From: Methanothrix sp.
Lineage (GTDB): Archaea; Halobacteriota; Methanosarcinia; Methanotrichales; Methanotrichaceae
Assembly (NCBI GenBank): GCA_003857025.1
Contig: RPOO01000001.1
Span: forward strand, 1-38,259
Direction: 5' to 3'
DNA length: 38,259 nucleotides
In this document: positions 7,857-17,587 of the stretch, in pieces
Layout of the letters: each line of letters begins with the position of its first letter
How positions within the stretch are numbered: the first letter of the stretch is position 1
Translations under genes and position numbers: made by a program
Notes under the pieces: model-generated
What the model was told of the DNA's origin: nothing
Database searches by the model: none
The model's input: the letters and a program-made list of their open reading frames with translations, nothing else

Positions 7857-9206
7857 ATGGCCCCCAGGGTTCTGTTTACTACCATTTACAGGAAAGGCCC
7901 CGAGCCTTACGACTACATTGGAGCTAATACCAGGTCCTGGTTCAGATATTACTGGCCCCGCATCCAGTCCTTCGGCCTGCGCTTCTTGAAACAGAACATC
8001 CCGGAGCTGGAGATCCTCGAATTTCCTACCTGGGAAGAATACCAAAAGAAGCTGCAAGAGGGCTGGGATGTTGTCGGCCTCTCATTTTACCTGAGCGAGA
8101 CCCACGAAGCGATAGAGATGGTTGATGCGGCACGCTCCGCCGGTGTGGGCGAGGTGTGGGCCGGAAACTACGGTGCTCTGACGACCGCAATTCAGGATAG
8201 GTTCGATAAGGTCTTCGTGGGCTATTCCGAGCACCAGCTCGCTCCCTACTTCGGCAGGCAGATAAAAGACATCATCCACCCGCCGCTCATCGAATATCTC
8301 AATACGCCCATCAATGTCAAGCTGAACATTTACGGCGTGCTCTTTACCACGCGCGGCTGCCCGGTAGGCTGCAAGTTCTGTCAGACCCCCGTCTTTTGCA
8401 ACAAGCCCAACATCATCTCGCTAAAGAGCATCGAGCGTGTCCTGGCCTACTACAAGGAGAACGGCATAAACGTGGTGCTGATCGAGGACGAGAACTTCGG
8501 CTGCAACCGCCGCCACGCCGATGAGGTGGTGAAGCTCCTGGACAAGTACGGCATGGTCTGGGGCTGCATGGCCCGGGCGGACTATCTGCGCAAGAAGATC
8601 GACGACTGGGCGGAGATGAGGCGAAAGAACGGCAGACATATCGCAGGCTTTGGGGGAGCTGCCATCGGCATCGAGAATCTGCACCAGGAACGCCTGGACG
8701 ACATCAAGAAAAAGGAAGGCACCGAGGACATTCTCGATACGATTCGCAAATTGCAAAAATATGGCTTAGGCACCGTCGGCTACTACATGATAGGCTTTGA
8801 GGAGGACACAATCGAGAGCCTGAAGGTGGATATCCCGAAGCTGGCTGCCCTGAAGATAGATATCACACAGATCTGCGTCATCACGCCTCTGCCCCAAACG
8901 CCCCTTTGGAAGGAGATCGAGGAGAAATACGGGATCTGGGATCATGATTATCATAACCATGACGGAAAGCACATGGTCTGGAACCACCCGAATATCCCGT
9001 CGGAAGAGTTCCCGAAGATCCTGGACTGGTCCTTCAAGCAAACCTATTCCTGGTACACGCCGATTCGCACCTCGGGTCGTGTGTGGGGCAATGCCTACCG
9101 CTACGGCGGCCTGTCCGGAGTGCGAGAGGTGGCGGCCTACATCAGCAGGGCCAACAAGTTTGATTGGAACCAAGGACTGCGATTGCTCAAAGTAGACGAG
9201 GAATGA
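7857..9206 (+). CDS. Radical SAM protein with degenerate B12-binding domain (class B-like)
   Basis: TTRGCPVGCKFC CxxxCxxC, WDVVGLSF...VWAGNYGA Rossmann segment, EDENF, GIEN, YYMIG and TPLPQTPLW. ATG 7857 fits promoter spacing better than 7836. Confidence 0.9.
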   Translation: MAPRVLFTTIYRKGPEPYDYIGANTRSWFRYYWPRIQSFGLRFLKQNIPELEILEFPTWEEYQKKLQEGWDVVGLSFYLSETHEAIEMVDAARSAGVGEVWAGNYGALTTAIQDRFDKVFVGYSEHQLAPYFGRQIKDIIHPPLIEYLNTPINVKLNIYGVLFTTRGCPVGCKFCQTPVFCNKPNIISLKSIERVLAYYKENGINVVLIEDENFGCNRRHADEVVKLLDKYGMVWGCMARADYLRKKIDDWAEMRRKNGRHIAGFGGAAIGIENLHQERLDDIKKKEGTEDILDTIRKLQKYGLGTVGYYMIGFEEDTIESLKVDIPKLAALKIDITQICVITPLPQTPLWKEIEEKYGIWDHDYHNHDGKHMVWNHPNIPSEEFPKILDWSFKQTYSWYTPIRTSGRVWGNAYRYGGLSGVREVAAYISRANKFDWNQGLRLLKVDEE

Positions 9207-9288
9207 AGGCTGCAAGAAATGACTGCAATTTTTTCGCATGAAGGTGCTGCTAACGCGAATGAACTGTTGACATGAAGGTATTTCCATC

Positions 9289-10833
9289 ATGAAAATACTT
9301 TTATTATCTTCTCCAATAGTCCAGAAGGACTTCGACCGCATCGCTCGCGTTCCTAATCTCGGACTGGCTTCGCTCGCAGCACACGTGCAGGACCTGTGCA
9401 CCGTGCATGTGGCTGACATTCACGGCCTGACCAATCACCGGGAATATGTGCAAAAGATCGTGAACGGCTACGATCTGGTCGGCCTGACCGCCATGTCCTT
9501 CCAATATCAGGAAGCTATCGAGCTGGCCAGGATCGCGAAAAGTTCGGGAGCCAAGACCGTTTTTGGAGGCTACCATCCCACATTGGCCTGCGAGGAGATC
9601 AGCGCCAGCCGGGATGCACAGCTCATTGACTTCATTGTGCGCGGCGAGGGCGAGGCCACCTTCCGAGAGCTGGTGCAATCCCTGGCAACCGGAAAAGATC
9701 TGAAGGATATTTTAGGGCTCTCCTATCACAAGGATGGCCAATCGCAACGTAACCAATCATGCGATGGCCAATCAGATAATGATCAATCGGATAATGGCAA
9801 ATCGTCTAAAGCCGGGCGCGAGGCACCGCAAATGGTGCACAATCCTCCCCGCCCTCTTTTAAAGGTCGAAGAGATCAGGATGCCTATGCGGGACGCCCGG
9901 CTCATCACCAAGGGGTTTTACAGCTTTGACGTTCCCATCGATTGCGTGGAGACCAGCCGCGGTTGCACGCAGGGCTGCAAGTTCTGCAGCATCAACCTCA
10001 TGTACGGGCGCAGGTTTCGCAAGTTTCCCATCGAGCGGGTGATCGAGGACATTCTGGACGCAGAAGCGCATGGAGCAGGCTCCATCTTCTTCCCTGACGA
10101 CAACATCACATTGGACCCGAAGAGGCTGGAGCAGCTCTGCCAGGCCATCATCGATGCCGGTCTCGCTCACCTGCGCTACAAGACCCAGGCATCCGCCTCA
10201 GGCATAGCTTCCAGCAAGCATTTGGTGGACAAGATGGGAGAAGCGGGCTTTGACGGCGTGTTCCTGGGCGTGGAGAGCGTGAACAAGCGCAATTTGCAGT
10301 TCCTGGGAAAAGGCAAGATGTCCGACGACGCAGAAAAGGCCGTCAAGTACCTGCACGAGAATAACATAATCGTCTCCACCGGCCTAATTAGCGGAAACCC
10401 CGATGACGATGCCGAGGATATCTGGGAGAATTTCCGCCTGGCCAGAAAGCTGAAAGTTGACTTCCCCATCTTCTACATCAACACGCCCTACCCCAAAACT
10501 CAGATGCGAGAAGAATTGCAAGAGATGGGTTTGATAACTAGGAACGATTTTACCAAGTACGACGGGCTTCATGCCAACCTGAAGACGAAACACCTCAGCG
10601 ACGAAGAGGTGCAGTACATCGTCTGGCAGATGAATGCCCGCTACTACGATATGGAATGGCTGCGCTACAACAAAGTCAAGCGGCTTTATCCCAGGTGGTT
10701 TGCCCGCGAGATGGGAAGGCTTGCGCCCTTTTATGCCAGAAGAAAGATGGATCTCTTGCTCGGGCGGCGCACCAGGCAGGACTTTTTCCGCGAAGATCTG
10801 GAGAGCGGCGAGCTGTGCAAGGGCGTCGTGTAA
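9289..10833 (+). CDS. Cobalamin-dependent (class B) radical SAM protein
   Basis: PNLGLASLAA, DLVGLT, GGYHPT, DFIVRGEGE B12-binding domain; ETSRGCTQGCKFC; PDDNI; GVES; TPYPKT. Confidence 0.92.
   Translation: MKILLLSSPIVQKDFDRIARVPNLGLASLAAHVQDLCTVHVADIHGLTNHREYVQKIVNGYDLVGLTAMSFQYQEAIELARIAKSSGAKTVFGGYHPTLACEEISASRDAQLIDFIVRGEGEATFRELVQSLATGKDLKDILGLSYHKDGQSQRNQSCDGQSDNDQSDNGKSSKAGREAPQMVHNPPRPLLKVEEIRMPMRDARLITKGFYSFDVPIDCVETSRGCTQGCKFCSINLMYGRRFRKFPIERVIEDILDAEAHGAGSIFFPDDNITLDPKRLEQLCQAIIDAGLAHLRYKTQASASGIASSKHLVDKMGEAGFDGVFLGVESVNKRNLQFLGKGKMSDDAEKAVKYLHENNIIVSTGLISGNPDDDAEDIWENFRLARKLKVDFPIFYINTPYPKTQMREELQEMGLITRNDFTKYDGLHANLKTKHLSDEEVQYIVWQMNARYYDMEWLRYNKVKRLYPRWFAREMGRLAPFYARRKMDLLLGRRTRQDFFREDLESGELCKGVV
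9733..9807 (+). repeat. In-frame 15-bp x5 degenerate tandem repeat inside the radical SAM gene
   Basis: gatggccaatcgcaa/cgtaaccaatcatgc/gatggccaatcagat/aatgatcaatcggat/aatggcaaatcgtct, encoding DGQSQ RNQSC DGQSD NDQSD NGKSS. Confidence 0.8.
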
Positions 10834-10980
10834 GAGAACATTGATATGAGTTCGCGCTAAACTCCTGCAAAGATTTATAGCCACAAACTGACTAAATTTT
10901 TAATAGCTATATCGAAATGAAACGGACGGCAAAATCATGTCTGATCATGTCCATCCATAGAATAATCGAGAGGCAATAAA

Positions 10981-11466
10981 ATGAAAAAAATGGTTTTGTT
11001 AATGGTGCTGGCTCTTTGCTGCACCCTCGCCGTGGCCTTTGCAGCCACAGACGGCACAAATCAAACCGTATCAGGCGCGTCTGCCGGATCTGCTGAAAAA
11101 TTTGGAACGGAATTTACTCTTGTGAATATCGACCAGTTCGAAAAAGAGAATCCCATAAATCCTGCTATCGGCATTCTGACTGCAAATGCAGCCCTGGGCA
11201 AGAACGCTTCCATCAATGTGACCCAAATAGAGCCGGGCAAAAGCTTTGGAGCACATTATCACCAGTACAGGGATGAAATTGACTACATCGTCAAGGGCCA
11301 GGCCAATATGACCATCGCAGGAAATACCCACTTGGTCAAGGCAGGAGATCTGATTTACGTACCCCCGATGACGGTTCACGACTTCACGGGCATCGGCAGC
11401 GAGAACATGGCGCTCATCTGCGTCTTCACACCTCCATATGACGGCAAAGATCGGATTTACGTCTGA
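10981..11466 (+). CDS. Secreted cupin-domain protein
   Basis: Signal peptide MKKMVLLMVLALCCTLAVAFAA; cupin motifs GKSFGAHYHQYRDE and GDLIYVPPMTVH. Confidence 0.88.
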   Translation: MKKMVLLMVLALCCTLAVAFAATDGTNQTVSGASAGSAEKFGTEFTLVNIDQFEKENPINPAIGILTANAALGKNASINVTQIEPGKSFGAHYHQYRDEIDYIVKGQANMTIAGNTHLVKAGDLIYVPPMTVHDFTGIGSENMALICVFTPPYDGKDRIYV

Positions 11467-11500
11467 GAATGATCGGATAAGGCGATAGGATCGATAATGC

Positions 11501-11533
11501 GAGATGGATCGATCGATCCATTCTCTTTTTTTT
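11501..11533 (+). terminator. Palindrome plus T-tract, probable terminator
   Basis: Perfect 18-bp palindrome ATGGATCGATCGATCCAT (11504-11521), followed by TCTC and T8, downstream of the cupin stop. Confidence 0.55.
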
Positions 11534-11597
11534 GCCACCAACCAATAGTAACTCTAGGTTAGTATTAAATACGTTGAGGCATCCAACCTTAGGTCAG

Positions 11598-12098
11598 ATG
11601 AGGATTGACTTCAAATCAAGGCTCGACGAGGCTAAAACGCTGCCCGATATCTTCGAGGTCGTAAAATCGCTGGTGCAATGCAGCATCGGCAAGAGCAGAG
11701 GCGGCCTGATGCTGGGCATGGCAAACCTGGGAAACCAGCCGCAGGGCTTCTTCGGAGGATTCTTCACAGTCGGGTCCAACGTCATAGTCCTGAACAAGAT
11801 CCCGCTGCAACGGATCATGGAAACCCGCCCGGAGCTTTACAAGCCCTATGTCTTTCATGTGCTGCTGCATGAGTACATTCACTCCTTGGGCTATCTGGAT
11901 GAGGCCCAGGTTCGGTCAAAGGTTTATGATCTCACCAAGAACGCTCTGGGGGAGGAGCATCTCGCTACGCAAATAGCTGGCAGCACGGAGAGCTTCATGA
12001 AGCATCTGGTCTATCCTGATGTTTCCTGGAAGCCGGACGATACGGGATTGGAATTGGTGCAGGACTTCGACCGATCAAGCGTTTCATATATTGCTTAG
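11598..12098 (+). CDS. HExxH zincin-like conserved archaeal protein
   Basis: VLLHEYIHSLG motif. ATG 11598 is preferred over the TTG at 11532, which lies in the terminator T-tract. Confidence 0.75.
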   Translation: MRIDFKSRLDEAKTLPDIFEVVKSLVQCSIGKSRGGLMLGMANLGNQPQGFFGGFFTVGSNVIVLNKIPLQRIMETRPELYKPYVFHVLLHEYIHSLGYLDEAQVRSKVYDLTKNALGEEHLATQIAGSTESFMKHLVYPDVSWKPDDTGLELVQDFDRSSVSYIA

Positions 12099-12257
12099 AA
12101 TTATGGCGTCGGGGTGCAAATTGAGATATCAAATGGAAATGAACCGGATAGCAGCATAATGGGCGCAAGGTTAATACCTTCATAAAACTATTTTGTTTAG
12201 CATAAAATCAATTTGCAAAAAATAGGATGAAGTTATTGTATTCGCAAAGGGGATGTA

Positions 12258-14819
12258 CTGCTGGCCGAAGATTTTGAGATAAACACCGCCAAGGGGCTCT
12301 CGGAATCCGAGGCTGCAAAGCTGCTTGGGCAAGTTGGATATAATGAGCTTCCTTCGTCAAAGCCGCGCAGCATCTTTGCCATTGCCCTGGAAGTCGTAAA
12401 AGAGCCCATGTTTCTGCTGCTGGTCGCGGGCGGCCTGATTTATTTTTTGCTCGGAGAACACCAGGAAGCGTTGATGCTTTTGGGCTTCGTCCTGGTGGTA
12501 ATGGGCATCACTCTTTACCAGGAGCGCAAGACGGAGCGAGCTTTGGAAGCCCTGCGAGACCTCTCCAGCCCCAGGGCTCTGGTGATACGGGACGGCCTGC
12601 ATAAACGCATTGCCGGACGGGAGGTCGTTCCCGGAGACTTGATGGTGCTCTCCGAAGGCGACCGCGTGCCAGCAGATGCGCAGCTACTCTATTGCACAAA
12701 CCTCTCTGCAGACGAGTCTCTTCTCACTGGTGAATCTGTCTCCGTGCGCAAAGCCTGCTCGGACGGACTGTCCGAAATGGCCAGGCCGGGCGGCGACGAT
12801 CTGCCGTTCGTCTATTCCGGCAGCCTTATTGTTCAAGGCCAGGGAGCTGCCCTGGTGAAGGCCACCGGAATGGATACGCAGATCGGCAAGATCGGAAGGG
12901 CGTTGCAGAAGGTCGAGTCTGAGGAGACGGCGCTGCAAAAGGAGACCTTCTCGCTGGTAAAGAAATTGGCTTTCCTCGGGCTCGCACTCTGCGCTATGGT
13001 GGTGGTTGTCTACGGCCTAACCCGAGGTAGCTGGCTGCAGGGGCTCTTGGCGGGCATCACCATGGCCATGGCCGTATTGCCGGAGGAGTTCCCGGTGGTC
13101 TTGACCGTCTTTTTGGCTCTCGGTGCCTGGCGTATCTCCAAGAGCAACGTGCTCACACGCCGGATTCCTGCCGTGGAAACCCTGGGCTCGGCCACGGTCC
13201 TTTGCACGGACAAGACCGGCACACTCACACAAAACCGCATGACGGTGAAGCAGATCTATGCAGCGGGAAAATTTTATGATCTGGACGTAGCGGCAGAATC
13301 TTTGCCGGATGGCATTCATGAAGTCGTGGAATATAGCATCCTTGCTTCACAGATCGACCCCTTCGATCCCATGGAGAAGGCTTTCCAGCAGCTCGGCGAC
13401 GTTTTTCTGAAGAAGACGGAGCATGTGCATAAAGATTGGAGCCTGGTGCAAGAATATCCTCTTTCCAAAAAGCTCCTGGCCATGTCTCGCGTCTGGAAAT
13501 CGCCCGCCGGTCGGGACTACGTCATTGCCTCCAAAGGTGCACCTGAGGCCATTTTAGATCTCTGCCATCTCGATGAATCTATGCGCTTGCAGCTCTTTGA
13601 GAATATCGGATCAATGGCAAAGAGTGGCCTGCGCGTTCTCGGCGTGGCCAAAGCGAGATTCATAGAGACAGATCTGCCGGGCACCCAGCATGACTTCGAC
13701 TTTCAGTTCATGGGCCTTGTAGGCCTGGCCGATCCGGTGCGGCCCGGCGTGGCTGAGGCCGTCAAGGAATGCTACGACGCCGGCATAAGAGTAGTAATGA
13801 TCACCGGCGACTACCCGGACACAGCCCAGGCCATCGCCAGACAGATCGGCCTCAGATCAGCAGACAGAGTTCTTACGGGCCCCGAGCTGGAAAAGATATC
13901 GGATGCGGATCTTGGGGAACGCATCAAAGATGTCAATATCTTTTCTCGCGTGGTGCCGGAGCAAAAGTTGAGGCTGGTCAAGGCAATGAAGGCAACAGGA
14001 GAGGTTGTGGCCATGACCGGCGACGGCGTCAATGATGCACCTGCCCTGAAAGCGGCTGACATCGGCATTGCCATGGGCGGCAGGGGCACGGACGTGGCCC
14101 GCGAGGCAGCTTCGCTGGTGCTCCTGGATGATGCCTTCTCGTCCATCGTCAAGGCTGTGAGGCTGGGCCGCAGGATCTTCGACAACATAAAAAAGGCCAT
14201 GGCCTACATCCTCGCCATTCACGTTCCCATTGCAGGTATGTCTCTTATTCCCGTTCTCTTGCAGTGGCCCCTGGTGCTCATGCCGGTGCATGTCGTATTC
14301 CTGGAGCTGATCATCGATCCGGCCTGCTCGGTGGTCTTCGAGGCCGAGCCGGAGGAGGCAAATGTGATGAGCCGCCCACCTCGCAATCCGAAGATGCCCC
14401 TATTCAGCAGACGCACCGTGGCCCTGAGCTTCCTGCAGGGCGCAATGGTTTTGGTGATTGTCCTGGCAGTCTATGCCGTTTCCCAGTACTTGGGCCAGGG
14501 CGAAGGCGAGGCCAGAGCATTGACCTTCACCACGCTCATCGTGGCCAATTTAGGCTTAATCCTCACCAACCGCTCCTGGTCTCGCACCATCCTGGAGACT
14601 ATGTCCTCGCCCAATGCCGCCCTCTGGTGGATTGTGGGCGGGACGCTCGTATTCCTGGGAGCTATTCTCTATATCCCATTCCTAAGAGAGCTGTTCGGCT
14701 TTTCCTATCTTCATCTTCTGGACATTGCCATCTGTTTCATGGCTGGAATCGCGAGCATCATCTGGTTTGAAGCCCTCAAGATCATCAATGGCAGAAACGG
14801 CAAGGTAGCGGGCAGATGA
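12258..14819 (+). CDS. Cation-transporting P-type (P2-like) ATPase; probable CTG start
   Basis: TGES, PEEFP, DKTGT, KGAPE, DP.R, MITGD and GDGVND motifs. The frame stays open upstream of ATG 12408 and encodes the N-terminal motif GLSESEAAKLLGQVGYNEL. Confidence 0.9.
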   Translation: MLAEDFEINTAKGLSESEAAKLLGQVGYNELPSSKPRSIFAIALEVVKEPMFLLLVAGGLIYFLLGEHQEALMLLGFVLVVMGITLYQERKTERALEALRDLSSPRALVIRDGLHKRIAGREVVPGDLMVLSEGDRVPADAQLLYCTNLSADESLLTGESVSVRKACSDGLSEMARPGGDDLPFVYSGSLIVQGQGAALVKATGMDTQIGKIGRALQKVESEETALQKETFSLVKKLAFLGLALCAMVVVVYGLTRGSWLQGLLAGITMAMAVLPEEFPVVLTVFLALGAWRISKSNVLTRRIPAVETLGSATVLCTDKTGTLTQNRMTVKQIYAAGKFYDLDVAAESLPDGIHEVVEYSILASQIDPFDPMEKAFQQLGDVFLKKTEHVHKDWSLVQEYPLSKKLLAMSRVWKSPAGRDYVIASKGAPEAILDLCHLDESMRLQLFENIGSMAKSGLRVLGVAKARFIETDLPGTQHDFDFQFMGLVGLADPVRPGVAEAVKECYDAGIRVVMITGDYPDTAQAIARQIGLRSADRVLTGPELEKISDADLGERIKDVNIFSRVVPEQKLRLVKAMKATGEVVAMTGDGVNDAPALKAADIGIAMGGRGTDVAREAASLVLLDDAFSSIVKAVRLGRRIFDNIKKAMAYILAIHVPIAGMSLIPVLLQWPLVLMPVHVVFLELIIDPACSVVFEAEPEEANVMSRPPRNPKMPLFSRRTVALSFLQGAMVLVIVLAVYAVSQYLGQGEGEARALTFTTLIVANLGLILTNRSWSRTILETMSSPNAALWWIVGGTLVFLGAILYIPFLRELFGFSYLHLLDIAICFMAGIASIIWFEALKIINGRNGKVAGR

Positions 14820-14928
14820 AATTTGTAGCAAAAGCGAGAACATTGGAGCCTGATTTTTTATTGGCCGGGGCGGAAAACAGGCTCAACGATCGGGAATAGT
14901 TATCTACAAACAGGAGAAATAATTCTAT

Positions 14929-17454
14929 ATGCCATCAGACCCGTCTGCTTTCTGGTCTTTGCCAGCGACTGCTCTGCAAGAGCTGCTGGGCGCAAAGCCC
15001 GAGGGCCTGACGGATGCCGAGGCAAAGGCGCGGCTGAAGAAATTTGGCTCCAACCTGCTGCGAGAGAAAAAAGAGACCGCCGCTTTACTTCTATTCCTGG
15101 CCCAGTTTAAGAGCCCCATTATATTGCTCCTGGTTTTTGCAGCCACTCTCTCCATTTATCTGGGAGAGGTTGCCAGTGCTATAATCATATTGCTGATAAT
15201 ATTAATCAGCGGCACCCTGGGATTCTGGCAGGAGCGCAAAGCTGCCGACGCCGTCTCCGAGCTGCTGGCTATGGTGCAGATCAAGGCCACGGTTCTTCGG
15301 GATGGGAAGGCGCAGGATATCCCTCAGGAGGACGTGGTTCCCGGCGATGTGATCCAACTTCGTGCCGGGGACATAATTCCTGGAGACTCCAGGATACTTG
15401 AATCCAAAGACCTTTTCGTGAACGAGGCCACGCTCACGGGCGAGACCTACCCGGCAGAAAAGATGGCAGGCGTTCTGCCGGAAGATACTGGACTCGCCGG
15501 GCGCATCAATTGCCTATTCCTCGGCACCAGCGTTGTGAGCGGAACGGCCACGGCTCTGGTTGTCCACACCGGAACCGAATCGGAGTTTGGAAAGGTATCC
15601 TCGCAGCTCAAGCAAAGAGAGCCTGAGACCGAGTTTGAGCTGGGCGTCCGCCACTTCGGCTACCTCCTGCTGGAAGTGACGCTGGTTTTGGTGGTGTCAA
15701 TCTTCGCCGTCAACGTCTACCTGAACCGCCCCATCGTTGAGTCTTTCCTGTTCTCTCTCGCTCTTGCCGTGGGGCTGACTCCCCAGCTTCTGCCCGCCAT
15801 CATCAGCATCAATTTAGCCCACGGCGCGAGGAAGATGGCATCTCACAAGGTCATCGTCAAGCGCCTGGCCTCCATCGAGAACTTCGGCAGCATGAATGTC
15901 CTTTGCTGCGACAAGACCGGGACGCTCACCGAGGGAAAAGTGGTAATGCACTCCGCCCTGGATATGGAAGGAAAGACGAGCAAAGAAGTATCTCTTTATG
16001 CCTACCTCAACGCTTTTTTTGAAACCGGCTTCTCCAATCCTCTCGATCAGGCCATTCTTCACTTCGGAAAGGTCGAGATCGATCCATACAAGAAGCTGGA
16101 CGAGGTTCCTTACGACTTCATCCGCAAGCGTCTGAGCATAATGGTTTCGCGGGGCGAAGAGCACATAATAATAACCAAAGGCGCTCTGGCCAACGTACTG
16201 GAAGTCTGCACCCTCGCCCAAACCTCTAGCGGCTCAGGCGGCGTGGTGGATATTTCAGTGGCCAGGGATGCGATAATGCAAAAGTTCCAGGAGCTGAGCG
16301 CGCAGGGCTTCCGGGTCCTGGGACTTTCCACCAGAAAGATCGAGGCCAACGTCTGCCTCCCCAGAGATGAAGCGAACATGACGTTTCTCGGCTTTCTGGT
16401 ATTCTTCGATCCGCCCAAAAAGGGCATAGCTGCGACCATTAAAAATCTGGCAAGCCTGGGCGTGAGCCTCAAGGTGATCACCGGCGACAACCATCTGGTA
16501 GCAGAAAGCATCCGAAAAGAGGTCGGTCTGGCGGATGGAAAGATCCTTACCGGCCAGGATATTCGCCTGAGCAGCGACGAGGCTTTGCAAAGGCAGGTTC
16601 AGGAAGCGAGCGTCTTTGCCGAGGTCGAGCCCAACCAGAAGGAACGAATAATTCTCGCTTTGCGCAAGAATGGAAATGTTGTCGGCTACATGGGCGACGG
16701 CATCAACGATGCCTCGGCTCTGCATGCTGCTGATGTCGGCATCTCCGTGGAAAGCGCCGTCGACGTGGCCAAGGAGGCGGCGGACATTGTGCTCCTGGAG
16801 ACGGACCTGAGCGTTCTTTCCGAGGGCGTCATCGAGGGAAGGAAGACCTTCTCCAACACTATGAAATATGTCTTCATGGCCACCTCCGCCAACTTCGGCA
16901 ACATGTTCAGCATGGCCCTGCTCTCATTATTCCTGCCGTTTCTGCCGCTCCTGCCCACCCAGGTACTGCTCACCAATCTTCTCACTGACTTTCCTGAGAT
17001 GACCATCTCCAGCGACAGCGTCGACCCGGAGCTTGTCGCCGGGCCGCGGCGCTGGTCGATAAGGTTCATCCGAAACTTCATGCTCGTCTTCGGCCTCTTG
17101 AGTTCCTTTTTCGACTTCCTGACCTTCGGAGCTCTGCTTTTCCTTTTGCACGCCTCAGTGGACCAGTTTCGAACGGGATGGTTCATGGAATCCGTGGTCT
17201 CGGCATCCCTGGTGGTCCTGATCATTCGCACTCGGCGACCATTCTTCCGCTCCACACCGAGCAATTTACTGTCGGCAGTGACCCTGACGGTTTGCGTTGC
17301 GGCCTTCCTTATCCCCTACACGCCGCTGGCGGAGCTGTTCGGATTCACGCCCCTCCCCATTTATTTTATATTAGTTATCATAATTATTGTTGCATTTTAT
17401 ATTCTTCTGGCAGAGATAGCAAAGAGATCTTTTTACAGGATGGTAGGGCGCTAA
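14929..17454 (+). CDS. mgtA: Mg2+-transporting P-type ATPase, MgtA-like (P3B)
   Basis: SKDLFVNEATLTGET, ALAVGLTPQLLP, SIENFGSMNVLCCDKTGT, PYDFIRKRLS, SANFGNMFS and FRTGWFMES, typical of MgtA/B. Confidence 0.88.
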   Translation: MPSDPSAFWSLPATALQELLGAKPEGLTDAEAKARLKKFGSNLLREKKETAALLLFLAQFKSPIILLLVFAATLSIYLGEVASAIIILLIILISGTLGFWQERKAADAVSELLAMVQIKATVLRDGKAQDIPQEDVVPGDVIQLRAGDIIPGDSRILESKDLFVNEATLTGETYPAEKMAGVLPEDTGLAGRINCLFLGTSVVSGTATALVVHTGTESEFGKVSSQLKQREPETEFELGVRHFGYLLLEVTLVLVVSIFAVNVYLNRPIVESFLFSLALAVGLTPQLLPAIISINLAHGARKMASHKVIVKRLASIENFGSMNVLCCDKTGTLTEGKVVMHSALDMEGKTSKEVSLYAYLNAFFETGFSNPLDQAILHFGKVEIDPYKKLDEVPYDFIRKRLSIMVSRGEEHIIITKGALANVLEVCTLAQTSSGSGGVVDISVARDAIMQKFQELSAQGFRVLGLSTRKIEANVCLPRDEANMTFLGFLVFFDPPKKGIAATIKNLASLGVSLKVITGDNHLVAESIRKEVGLADGKILTGQDIRLSSDEALQRQVQEASVFAEVEPNQKERIILALRKNGNVVGYMGDGINDASALHAADVGISVESAVDVAKEAADIVLLETDLSVLSEGVIEGRKTFSNTMKYVFMATSANFGNMFSMALLSLFLPFLPLLPTQVLLTNLLTDFPEMTISSDSVDPELVAGPRRWSIRFIRNFMLVFGLLSSFFDFLTFGALLFLLHASVDQFRTGWFMESVVSASLVVLIIRTRRPFFRSTPSNLLSAVTLTVCVAAFLIPYTPLAELFGFTPLPIYFILVIIIIVAFYILLAEIAKRSFYRMVGR

Positions 17455-17587
17455 GGCGGCAGACGTTAAAATGGTGAGCCGCCAAGATGGCCGTGTTAAG
17501 ATGAGATTTGCGAAGATGCGATATCTGCAGTTGTATCGCTGCATGTCGTCTCCTCGCATTGGGATCATCTCGCATTTTCATAGCCCA

